A DNA stretch of 42,144 nt from Candidatus Fermentibacterota bacterium. Lineage in GTDB: Bacteria; Fermentibacterota; Fermentibacteria; Fermentibacterales; JCC-6. Of the stretch, positions 19,358 through 27,959 are shown piece by piece. The DNA lies in assembly GCA_963845085.1 (NCBI GenBank), contig CAWJQI010000002.1, positions 1 to 42,144 on the forward strand, read 5' to 3'. A program made the position numbers and the translations under genes. Within the stretch, counting starts at the first letter, position 1. Every line of letters starts with the position of its first letter. The notes beneath the pieces were generated by a model. The model was not told the origin of the DNA. It did not search any database and saw only the letters and a program-made list of their open reading frames with translations.

Positions 19358-19735
19358 GTGAGAACGGGTGTTGACATGGTGGATGTGGCCCGCTTCAGAA
19401 GGGTTGCAGATGCCGGCGAAGAGAAACTTTTCGAAAGGCTGTTCCGCCCTGACGAGATTTCTGCCTTCTCATCCCCAAGGGAGCTTGCGATGGTGTTCGC
19501 GCTGAAGGAAGCGGTCTCCAAAGCCCTCGGTACCGGTATTGCCGAAGGGGTGTCCTGGCACGACATTCAGGTGCTTTCATCGGATTGCGACGGCCACAGC
19601 GTGGTTCTTCATGGGACAGCAGAAAGGCTTGCAGGGGGCGGATGCATTCATGTTTCTGCGGACAGTACTGACACGCTTGCCGTGGCGTTTGCCATTCTTG
19701 ATACCGTAACAGAAACGGAGGAGGACCGGCAATGA
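19358..19735 (+). CDS. acpS: Holo-[acyl-carrier-protein] synthase
   Basis: GGAGG SD then GTG; GVDMVDV, FALKEAVSKALGTG. Confidence 0.88.
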   Translation: MRTGVDMVDVARFRRVADAGEEKLFERLFRPDEISAFSSPRELAMVFALKEAVSKALGTGIAEGVSWHDIQVLSSDCDGHSVVLHGTAERLAGGGCIHVSADSTDTLAVAFAILDTVTETEEDRQ

Positions 19736-21269
19736 CACACTGGGTGACTCCCCAGGAAATGTCCGAGCTCGACAGGTCCACCATCGAAGGCGGTATACCG
19801 GGTGCGGTCCTCATGGAAAGGGCGGGTACTGCCCTGGCCGACCTGGCGATAGGGATGCTGAAGGGCGAAAGGCTTCCCATTGTCGTTCTTGCCGGACCCG
19901 GAAACAACGGTGGAGACGGTTACGTTGCAGCCAGGCTTCTTCATCAGAGGGGGCATATTGTTTCCGTACATCCGGCATTCCAGGATTCAAAGGTCTGCTC
20001 CCCCGATTGCGCTGCAAACAGGGCATCCTACCTTGGCTCCGGTGGTCTTGAGTGCTCCGCGCCATCATTCAGACCGGCACTTGTGATCGATGCGCTGCTT
20101 GGGACAGGATTCGCCGGTCGTCTCAAGGGGCAGATCCTTTCGACAGTCCAGGCATACAAATCTCCGGGTTGTCCCATCCTTTCGGCAGACTGCCCGACAG
20201 GAGTCAACTGCCTGACGGGAGAGGTCGATACCGAGGCAGTCAGGGCTGATGTGACGGTTACCTTCGCCGCCCCGAAACTCGGGATGCTGCTTCCCCCGGG
20301 GTGTGGTTTCGCCGGTGCCATATTTCTTGCCGACATCGGTATCCACATGCCCGACAACCATCTCAGGGAAGTGATGGACATGGCGGGCGCAAGGGCGAAG
20401 CTCCCCCCCGCCCCGTTGACGCTCACAAAGGCTCATTTGGAAAGGTGCTGGTGCTCGCCGGATCCGAGCGCATGCCTGGCGCGGCCCTCATGGCCGCGAT
20501 GGGTGCCCTTCGCAGCGGTGCCGGCCTTGTAGAGATCTGTGTTCCCCTTCCCGCGGCAACCGCTGTCAGTGGAAGGATCCCGGAAACGCTCTGCAGTTAT
20601 TTTCTCCCGGGGGATGTTACATCACTCCCGGACCCGTCCGGTTTTTCCGCGGTTGTCATCGGGCCTGGAATGGGTGCCGATATCGGTACAGCAAAGATCG
20701 TGCGCTACGCCCTGGAGAAGTGGAGCCTTCCCCTTGTGGTCGATGCCGATGCCCTGAATGTAATGGACAAGGGCATGGCATCTATTTTGCCGACAAGGGG
20801 GTCAGTTGTTCTGACTCCCCATCCGGGCGAACTTGCACGGCTCACCGGCTGCTCGACCGAGTTGGGAAAGCGGTTTGATTCCGCAGCCAAACTTGCAGTT
20901 GCAACAGATTGCCCCGTGTTGCTCAAGGGAAAACCAAGCCAGGTATTCCTTCCCGCCGGCGGCAGGATCCTGAACCCGTCCGGCAACAACGGCATGGCCA
21001 CAGGGGGCAGCGGAGACATTCTCTCGGGTCTTGTTGCCGGATTGATTGCCCAGGGGCTTTCCCCCTCCGATGCCGCCCCGCTCGGAGCATTCGTCCACGG
21101 GTTGGCGGGCGATATACACGCATCTCTCAATTCCCGGCGTGCGATGCTTCCATCCGACGTTGCCGACACTATCGGCAAAGCTTTTACAATGATAGAAACC
21201 GGCAGGGATGATTCGCTGCTCAGGCTGGAGGGAGACTGGAATGGCAGGCTCTGGAATATCAAGGGATGA
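19732..21269 (+). CDS. nnr: Bifunctional NAD(P)HX epimerase/dehydratase, frameshifted at the C7 tract 20403-20409
   Basis: LMERAG, GPGNNGGDG, DALLGTG in ORF 19732..20532; HKGSFG, GPGMG, DADAL, TPHPGE, ATGGSGD in ORF 20301..21269. One extra C restores KLPPRPVDAHKG. Confidence 0.9.
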
Positions 21270-21810
21270 TGCCAGGGTGCTGCTCAAGCAGCATGTGAGA
21301 AGCGAGAGCCTCTTCAGACACTGCATTGCCACAGCAGCCATAATGGGTGATCTGGCCAGAAGCATGAACGAGCCATCCCCTGAAACCTGGGAAGTGGCGG
21401 GTCTTCTCCACGACATCGATATGGAACTCACGGATGGAGACCATACGAAGCACGGCATTCTGGCGGAACAGCTTCTTGACGGTCTGCTCCCCGAACCGTT
21501 CATCCATGCCATCAAGGCGCACAACGCGGAGTTGAACGGAACTGCCCGCGAATCACGGCTTGACTACCTTCTAAGCGCCGCCGAATCCGTTACAGGCCTC
21601 ATCAGTGCAACAGCACTGATCTACCCGGAAAGAAGGCTTGAACCGGTTCAGACCTCATCCGTCGTGAAGCGCATGGGGAAATCGGGATTTGCAAGAAACG
21701 TCGACAGGGCAAGGATAACAGAGTGTGCCAATGCCGGCTGGGATCTTGACGCATTCGTGTCATTGGCATTGAACGCCATGAAAAATATTGCACCAGAAAT
21801 TGGGTTATAA
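21241..21810 (+). CDS. HD-superfamily (HDIG-type) hydrolase
   Basis: RHC, GLLHDID, HG, AIKAHN, FARNVDR. Confidence 0.85.
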   Translation: MAGSGISRDDARVLLKQHVRSESLFRHCIATAAIMGDLARSMNEPSPETWEVAGLLHDIDMELTDGDHTKHGILAEQLLDGLLPEPFIHAIKAHNAELNGTARESRLDYLLSAAESVTGLISATALIYPERRLEPVQTSSVVKRMGKSGFARNVDRARITECANAGWDLDAFVSLALNAMKNIAPEIGL

Positions 21811-21830
21811 ACGGCGAAAGGGGTCGCTGC

Positions 21831-22973
21831 ATGCAAACCGTTTCGGAAAAGCTTGATTCGCTGAGACTCACTGTCTCGACTCGTTCACTGTCACGGGCAG
21901 GCACCAACCTCGCCAGGTTCAACACGGAAGATGATCCTGAGACGGTCGAAGCCAGGCTCGCAAACGCCGCCATGCTTGCGGAGATAACGGGAAAGTGCAG
22001 GGATGTTGCTCTCGAGTATCCCCTCGACATACAGAAGAAGGAGGACGCTGAGCAGATCAACAAGATCCTCGAGGAAAAGGGGCTGACACCCGTCACGCTT
22101 ACCGTCAATCCACTTGTTCCAAGGAAACGCGGCGTCCTGAACCACCGTCTGATGTACGGGACGCTCGCATCCCCGTACCCCGAGGTCAGGGTTGCAAGCA
22201 TCAACAACATCCTCAGCGTCATGCAGCTGATGAGGGATATCAACTGCCGACAGCTGCTCGTCTGGATTCCTGACGGCGCTGATTCGCCCGGCGAAAAGAA
22301 CACAGTCGAGATGCTTGACTACATCCTCAAAGGAATGCGCCAGATTGGCCTCAAGATCCGCAAGAGCGAGAACATGCTTCTTGGCTTCCGGCCCTACAAT
22401 CCCTCCTACTTCTGCTCAGCGGTTCCGGACTGGGGAACTGCCGCATGGCTCTGCCGGGAAACGGATCCCTCATGCAGGCTGCTTTTTGATACCGGAAGCC
22501 TGTTGCCGGGGGAAAGCCTCGACAGCGTGATGGTGTCGATGCTTCACCAGAAGATTCTCGGACGTGTGGCCATCAGCGACAACCGTCTCGGCATGGGAGC
22601 ACTTCCAGCAGGCTCGATGGACTCCGGAGCCCTGTTCCGTTTCTTCCTCAACCTTCTCAATGCCGAGAGGGCGGGCCTCTGCAGCCTTGACAAATTCGCC
22701 ATCGAAGTGAAGGTGGAAACCAGGGTGGACGATCCCATGGAGAACCTTCTGACAGCAATTGAGAACATCATGCATGCCCTTGCCCGGGCTTCTCTGGTTA
22801 ATCCCGACGAGTTGAAGCAGCTTCAGGAAGTCCCCGACGTTTCCGGAGCCAACCGTGTTCTCAGGGATGCCTTTGTCACCGATGTCCGTCCTGTCGTCCA
22901 GCACTGGCGCGAAACCAACAACCTTCCCGTCGACCCGATCGCAGAATACAGGGGACGGACTAAGAAAGAATAG
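21831..22973 (+). CDS. L-rhamnose isomerase (RhaI-type TIM barrel) homologue, apparently lacking metal ligands
   Basis: Scaffold motifs W.PDG...PG, PDWGT, LFR, ALARASLV, DAFVTDVRP, DP...YR retained; catalytic motifs substituted. Confidence 0.75.
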   Translation: MQTVSEKLDSLRLTVSTRSLSRAGTNLARFNTEDDPETVEARLANAAMLAEITGKCRDVALEYPLDIQKKEDAEQINKILEEKGLTPVTLTVNPLVPRKRGVLNHRLMYGTLASPYPEVRVASINNILSVMQLMRDINCRQLLVWIPDGADSPGEKNTVEMLDYILKGMRQIGLKIRKSENMLLGFRPYNPSYFCSAVPDWGTAAWLCRETDPSCRLLFDTGSLLPGESLDSVMVSMLHQKILGRVAISDNRLGMGALPAGSMDSGALFRFFLNLLNAERAGLCSLDKFAIEVKVETRVDDPMENLLTAIENIMHALARASLVNPDELKQLQEVPDVSGANRVLRDAFVTDVRPVVQHWRETNNLPVDPIAEYRGRTKKE

Positions 22974-23053
22974 ATTACCGAGCTAATACAATCAGGCACA
23001 TGTAGATACGGTCAGAACTTGAAATCTGTATCGTTTGGGCCGTACTTCATCAT

Positions 23054-23914
23054 ATGGGAAGACAAGCGAGATTTGATGCAGTAGGCGCAATTCAGCATGT
23101 GATCTCAAGAGGTCATAACAGGGAAGCGATTTTTCGGGAGACCGAAGATTATGAAGACCTGTTGAGCCGTCTAAAGTATCTCACCTCTGAAACTGACATG
23201 TGTATTCTTGCCTGGTCATTCCTGCCGAACCACATACATCTATTATCGAGAACCGGGGCTACTCCTCTTGCCACGTTCATGCGAAGAGCGCTAACTGGCT
23301 ACTCATTGTATTTCAACCAGAAATATGAACGAGTCGGGTATCTGTTCCAGAACCGGTACAAATCCAAACTTGTTGGCAGCGAAGCATATTGCAGAGCGGT
23401 ATTTGCCTACGTTAACAGAAATCCCCTGAAGCACGGACTGGTGAGTTCCTTCACCGAGTTGGACAGTTACCCGTGGTGCGGGCACAGGGAAATTGTTGCC
23501 CCAAGGTTCGACGATTTGTGCCCTATTCAAACAACAAACGCCCTGTTCGGCTCTGCAGGGTCTTACTTCAGCGAGCTTTATAACTGCAGTGCCTTTGATG
23601 AGGATATTAGGCCAATCGAACGTCCGGCTGAATTTCACCCGAGGAATGCTGATTCAGTTGTCTCTGTGATCGACCTTGATCTAATACTCTATCAGACTGC
23701 TGAAGCATTCGGGATTTCTTCCTCTTCAATCCTTGGACGAGGTAGAGCACGAATTCTCTCAAGGGCAAGGCAGGAGTTCCTCAGGCGGGCAGTTCATCTC
23801 AACGGGTGCACAATCAGCAAAGCTGCATCATTCCTCGGAATTGCTCTACCATCTGCATCATCAGCTCTGTCGCGAATAAAACCACCCATAGATCAACCAA
23901 CCTCTGCCGGATAG
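23054..23914 (+). CDS. REP-associated tyrosine transposase-like (Y1 HUH) protein with C-terminal DnaA-domain-IV-like HTH
   Basis: HVISRG, IF, PNHIHLL (HUH), LFQNRYKS, YVNRNP (catalytic Tyr), YPW; C-terminal ...FGIS...ILGRGR...SRAR...ISKAASFLG. Confidence 0.9.
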   Translation: MGRQARFDAVGAIQHVISRGHNREAIFRETEDYEDLLSRLKYLTSETDMCILAWSFLPNHIHLLSRTGATPLATFMRRALTGYSLYFNQKYERVGYLFQNRYKSKLVGSEAYCRAVFAYVNRNPLKHGLVSSFTELDSYPWCGHREIVAPRFDDLCPIQTTNALFGSAGSYFSELYNCSAFDEDIRPIERPAEFHPRNADSVVSVIDLDLILYQTAEAFGISSSSILGRGRARILSRARQEFLRRAVHLNGCTISKAASFLGIALPSASSALSRIKPPIDQPTSAG

Positions 23915-23934
23915 CACGCACGATCATCAATGCA

Positions 23935-23962
23935 GAAGGCCTGGATGTTACTCCAGGCCTTC
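23935..23962. terminator. Perfect 11-bp hairpin (terminator or REP-like recognition hairpin)
   Basis: GAAGGCCTGGA-TGTTAC-TCCAGGCCTTC between convergent genes, inside the right inverted repeat. Confidence 0.55.
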
Positions 23963-24002
23963 CTCATACTTCAGAAAACTAATTTGCCTTAGTCCGTCCC
24001 CC

Positions 24003-25565
24003 TTAGATGCGGACGACCTTGAGGGTCTGGACAGAACCTTCGGTTGCAAGGCGGAGCAGGTAGATGCCGGAGGGCTGGGCCGAGAAGTCAACAAGCACCG
24101 ACTGGTTGCCCTGCTGCACTATCCCGGAAAGAACAGTGCTGACCACTCTGCCGGCAAGGTCAAGTATCTGAAGCTCGACAACGGAGGTTGAGTTCATGTG
24201 GAAGTTGACCGTTGCGCCTGCATCAACAGGGTTTACACTGATTCCGAGACCGGTGGCCGGGACAACACCCGCAGCGTAGTCTTCGATGGCCACGGGGATC
24301 GGGCCGCCCAGGAAATAGAGCTCGCCGCAGCTGTCAGGCAGGTCGTCCCACTGGGGATGCTCCTGGCCGGACTGGGCATAGTAGTCCCAGGCCTTGGCCC
24401 GGTCGGAGGCCTCCCACATGGAGATGTAGCCGTCGCTGTTGACGTCGGGGTCTCCGGGAAGCGCGCCTGCGGGATAGGAACCCGCCGCGGGTCTGCTTCC
24501 GTGCACGGCGCCGGTCCAGAAGTACACATACTCATCGTACTGCGGGTAAGTCTGTCCGGCCCAGCTGGATTCGACGGCATTGGCAGCACTTGCGAACGTA
24601 CGGGGCTGCGCGGAGCCTGCATGGGTTACTTCCTGCTGGAATCCGCCGGAGTAGCACTGCTCCATGACGACATGGATCGATGCGGCGCTTATGCCGTCGA
24701 GCATCGTCATGAGGTCGTCATCATTGAGGGTGCCATTCCACAGATTGAGGATGACCTCGGTGGGAAGGTTGCCGCCGGACTTGCCGGGACCGCCGTGATC
24801 GGTGGTGAAGACGAAAAGATGGTCGTCGGAGCCGACCATTGCATCGATTGCGTTGTAACCGTTGACGACGCCGGTTGAAGTTGCGTCGAAGTTGATGTCA
24901 GTGTCACCGTCATCGTCGAAATCGGGGTTGGAGTTAATGCCGCCGGACTGGTCGGGTGCGGGGTTCGTGCCGTCGGCGAAGCAGACGATGATGTGGTCAC
25001 CCGGAATGAGATAGTCGTACACGAGGACGTTGTAGATGAACTGGACGTCGCCGTAATACCTGATGTGGTTGTTGCCCTGGTTGGCTCCGCCTGAGATTAT
25101 CCAGGCGTACATCTGTGCGCCCTGCTCGGGTGTGGCCTGGGGATTGGGTGCGAACCATGCGATGAAGTCTTCGTACTGCCCACGGATCATGCCCGAGACA
25201 TCGGGAAGCACTGTGTAATGAACATCCATGCGGTCGTAGTTGTCAGGCGGAACGTTCATACGAATCGTTTCGACATCGCCCTGAGGGGAAACGAACACCC
25301 AGCGGCAGGGGTGCTCCCAGTTGGCGGTGGCGTAGTCATCGACAAGAACAAGGTAAGACTGAACGGGAACGAACACACCAGGATACGACCATGCGCCCAA
25401 GAGGGTTCCCTCTTCAAGCAATGAGGGGAACACCCGCACTTCAACCCTCTGCATGTCCAGCATCATCGTGTTCATGACAAGATCTGCAGCTTCCGACGGC
25501 CCGTTTACAGGGGCTGCGAATACGGAACCGGCGACAAGCGCGACCAGAAGAGGCAGCAACTTCAT
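24003..25565 (-). CDS. Secreted clan CD cysteine peptidase (C13/legumain-like) with T9SS-like C-terminal domain
   Basis: AAGGAG SD; signal peptide; ANWEHPCRW N-domain; FVFTTDHGG (His), MEQCYSGGF (Cys); CTD NPV...DLAGR...SGIYLLRL...KVVRI. Confidence 0.85.
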   Translation of the reverse strand: MKLLPLLVALVAGSVFAAPVNGPSEAADLVMNTMMLDMQRVEVRVFPSLLEEGTLLGAWSYPGVFVPVQSYLVLVDDYATANWEHPCRWVFVSPQGDVETIRMNVPPDNYDRMDVHYTVLPDVSGMIRGQYEDFIAWFAPNPQATPEQGAQMYAWIISGGANQGNNHIRYYGDVQFIYNVLVYDYLIPGDHIIVCFADGTNPAPDQSGGINSNPDFDDDGDTDINFDATSTGVVNGYNAIDAMVGSDDHLFVFTTDHGGPGKSGGNLPTEVILNLWNGTLNDDDLMTMLDGISAASIHVVMEQCYSGGFQQEVTHAGSAQPRTFASAANAVESSWAGQTYPQYDEYVYFWTGAVHGSRPAAGSYPAGALPGDPDVNSDGYISMWEASDRAKAWDYYAQSGQEHPQWDDLPDSCGELYFLGGPIPVAIEDYAAGVVPATGLGISVNPVDAGATVNFHMNSTSVVELQILDLAGRVVSTVLSGIVQQGNQSVLVDFSAQPSGIYLLRLATEGSVQTLKVVRI

Positions 25566-25638
25566 AGCACACTCCTTGAATGGGGGAAATCTCACACGTG
25601 TATTCTATACTCTCGACGCACAAAGGGAAAGCCGTTTC

Positions 25639-26595
25639 TTATAGACCCGCCAGAGGCATAAAAGTTTCAAGGAACGACTTCCGAATCTGCGCACCTGTTT
25701 CCGGTCTTTGCCGGAAACTTTTCCAGCCGGCCATCAGATAAGGTTCTTCAGGAAATGTCCTGCCCGTCAATACAACGGCATCGCGATTCTCAGCGATGAT
25801 CTGGGATAGGATCCCGTACCCCGCCCTGCAATACACCTCCGAAGCCCCGGCGACCAGGTCTGAGTATGTCAGGGATGCGGCCTCCATCTCCCCGGGGGTG
25901 ATGCACAGGTCTGCGCCGAGGAGGTTCTCCTCCATCGAAGAGACTGTGAATGAGTCGAATGTTTCTGGCAGCCCCCCATGAGGCATCTCCCTGAAGGCAA
26001 GCAGTGTGTATTCGCGGTCGCCGATCAGCCGGCGGGCCCGGGCCGGATCTCCGGGAGGCCCGCCCGGAAGCAGCGGAAGGGCAGCTGTTTCTGCGCAGGG
26101 CGAATACGCCGGTCCCATGGGAAGCCGAAGGTAGGTGCCCCCGGAGTATGCATCGGCCAGAAGATCGCACTCGGTTTTTCTTTGGGGAAAGAGGCTGGTG
26201 TGAATCCAGTCCCACGTGAAATTTCCGACGATGAATGCCGGGATGTGCAGCTCGGAGCAGACCAGGACAGGGAGCGGGTCAACGTCGCTGATGACAATGT
26301 CAGGTGATATCTCCATGAGAAATGTCTTCTCGCGTTCACAACTGCGACTCAACCCTCCAACGAACGCAAGCAGCGCCTGTTCGGTAAGTTGCAGGTTCAC
26401 ATCCCCATCTGTGTCGACGGGGATCGGGGAGCACCTCGGCGGATGAAGCCGCACTCCCGTAAGCCCCTGCCAGAACCAGCCCGGTGCTCCCGATGCGACA
26501 TGAACTTCCATTCCGGGAACCGAACCCGACAGGAGCCGCACGAGTTCCCGCTGTCTGGCCGCATGTCCCCATCCATGGTTACTTGCGCAGAACAA
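25639..26595 (-). CDS. GT-B-fold glycosyltransferase-like protein
   Basis: HGWGHAAR, DIVISD, NFTWDWI, AGYG, FPEE; start uncertain (TTG 26595 or CTG 26604). Confidence 0.65.
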   Translation of the reverse strand: MFCASNHGWGHAARQRELVRLLSGSVPGMEVHVASGAPGWFWQGLTGVRLHPPRCSPIPVDTDGDVNLQLTEQALLAFVGGLSRSCEREKTFLMEISPDIVISDVDPLPVLVCSELHIPAFIVGNFTWDWIHTSLFPQRKTECDLLADAYSGGTYLRLPMGPAYSPCAETAALPLLPGGPPGDPARARRLIGDREYTLLAFREMPHGGLPETFDSFTVSSMEENLLGADLCITPGEMEAASLTYSDLVAGASEVYCRAGYGILSQIIAENRDAVVLTGRTFPEEPYLMAGWKSFRQRPETGAQIRKSFLETFMPLAGL

Positions 26596-27952
26596 TACTC
26601 TCAGAAGAGATCCCCTTCATCCTGTTCAGTTCACGAACAAGGAAGTACCCCGTCAAGAGAAAGGAAAGGATGTCAGCCAGAGGCAGCGAGTACCACACCC
26701 CCTGCAGCGGGTCGTTCATCAATCCCGGCAGAAGGAGCACGAGAGGTATCACGAAGATGACCTGCCGTGATATGGAGAGCAGGAAGGCGAGCCCCGACTT
26801 TCCGAGTGTCTGGAAGACCGAGGCTCCTATCACCTGGGCTCCGACGAAGATCATCGCGGCAGTTACGGTGCGGAAGATCGATGGACCGGTCTCGAGAAGC
26901 CGGCTGTCATTGCTGAAGACCGAGAGCACCTGTCCCGGTATGAACGTGCCGAGAAGAAAGGCAAGCGCGGTGACCGCTGACGCAGAAACGATCGAAAGCC
27001 TTATCGCACGGACAGCCCTGCGCCCGAGTCCTGCGCCGTAGTTGAAGCCGAGGACTGGCTGCAACCCCTGAGCAAGCCCGAACACAGGCATGAAGCACAT
27101 CATCAGTATCCTGTTCACAACACCGAACACGGCGAGTTCGAGTGAAGAGCCGAAATGCACGATGGAACGGTTCACTGCTACCGCCATCAGGCTCCCCGCG
27201 CACACCCTGGCGAAGGATGCGGCTCCGATGGAAAGCACTTCAAAAGCCTCCGCAGGTTTCGGTACGAACCAGATCCGCCTGATGGCGAGATTGCTCCTTT
27301 TTCTCAGGAATACGCTCGCGATGTAGCTGAAGGAAATGAACTGGGAGAGGACGGTGGCGATGGCCGCACCCCTGATCCCCCAGCCGAAGCCGAAAATGAA
27401 CAGCGGATCAAGGATTATGTTGGAAACGGCTCCCGTGATCATCGTTATCATGGCGAGCCGCGCCTTCCCCTCCGCGCGCAGAAGGCTGTTCCCGTTGACC
27501 GACAAGGCGAAGAACACGCCGCCGAGGTAAATCACAGACATGTATTCCATCGCAGGCTTCATCACATCGGCGTCGGCCCCGAACATTCCGAGAATGGGCC
27601 TGTTGAAGAGAAGGCCGGCCACGCAGATAAGGAGGGCTGAAGCCGAGGCAAGAAGGAAGGAGGAGCTTGCCGCCCTGCCCGCCCGCTCCGTGTCTCCCGA
27701 TCCCAGCGCCCTGCTGATCACCGATGCGCTTCCCAGGCCTGCAGTCTGGGCGGCAGCCAGAATGAACATCTGGATTGGAAAACAGATCGCAAGCGCCGCA
27801 AGGGAGTCGGTTCCAACGCCCTGCCCCACGAAGACGGTGTCAACCAGATTGTAGAGCGAGTTGACGAGCATGGCGGTGACTGCCGGTGCAGACATCTTCA
27901 GAAGCAGTTTTCCGACCGGCTCGGTTCCCAGAAAGCCCGTGTCCCTGCTCAC
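26579..27952 (-). CDS. MATE-family efflux transporter
   Basis: NSLYNLVDTVFVG, LRAEG, NIILDPLFI, GIRGAAIATV, GFNYGA, SRQ, ADILS. Confidence 0.95.
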   Translation of the reverse strand: MSRDTGFLGTEPVGKLLLKMSAPAVTAMLVNSLYNLVDTVFVGQGVGTDSLAALAICFPIQMFILAAAQTAGLGSASVISRALGSGDTERAGRAASSSFLLASASALLICVAGLLFNRPILGMFGADADVMKPAMEYMSVIYLGGVFFALSVNGNSLLRAEGKARLAMITMITGAVSNIILDPLFIFGFGWGIRGAAIATVLSQFISFSYIASVFLRKRSNLAIRRIWFVPKPAEAFEVLSIGAASFARVCAGSLMAVAVNRSIVHFGSSLELAVFGVVNRILMMCFMPVFGLAQGLQPVLGFNYGAGLGRRAVRAIRLSIVSASAVTALAFLLGTFIPGQVLSVFSNDSRLLETGPSIFRTVTAAMIFVGAQVIGASVFQTLGKSGLAFLLSISRQVIFVIPLVLLLPGLMNDPLQGVWYSLPLADILSFLLTGYFLVRELNRMKGISSESIVLRK

Positions 27953-27959
27953 TGATCTC

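Larger units (their letters stand above)
22951..24001. mobile_element. Putative HUH-transposase element bounded by 14-bp terminal inverted repeats
   Basis: GGGGACGGACTAAG (22951-22964) and its exact reverse complement CTTAGTCCGTCCCC (23988-24001) flank a Y1 transposase in more AT-rich DNA. Confidence 0.75.
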
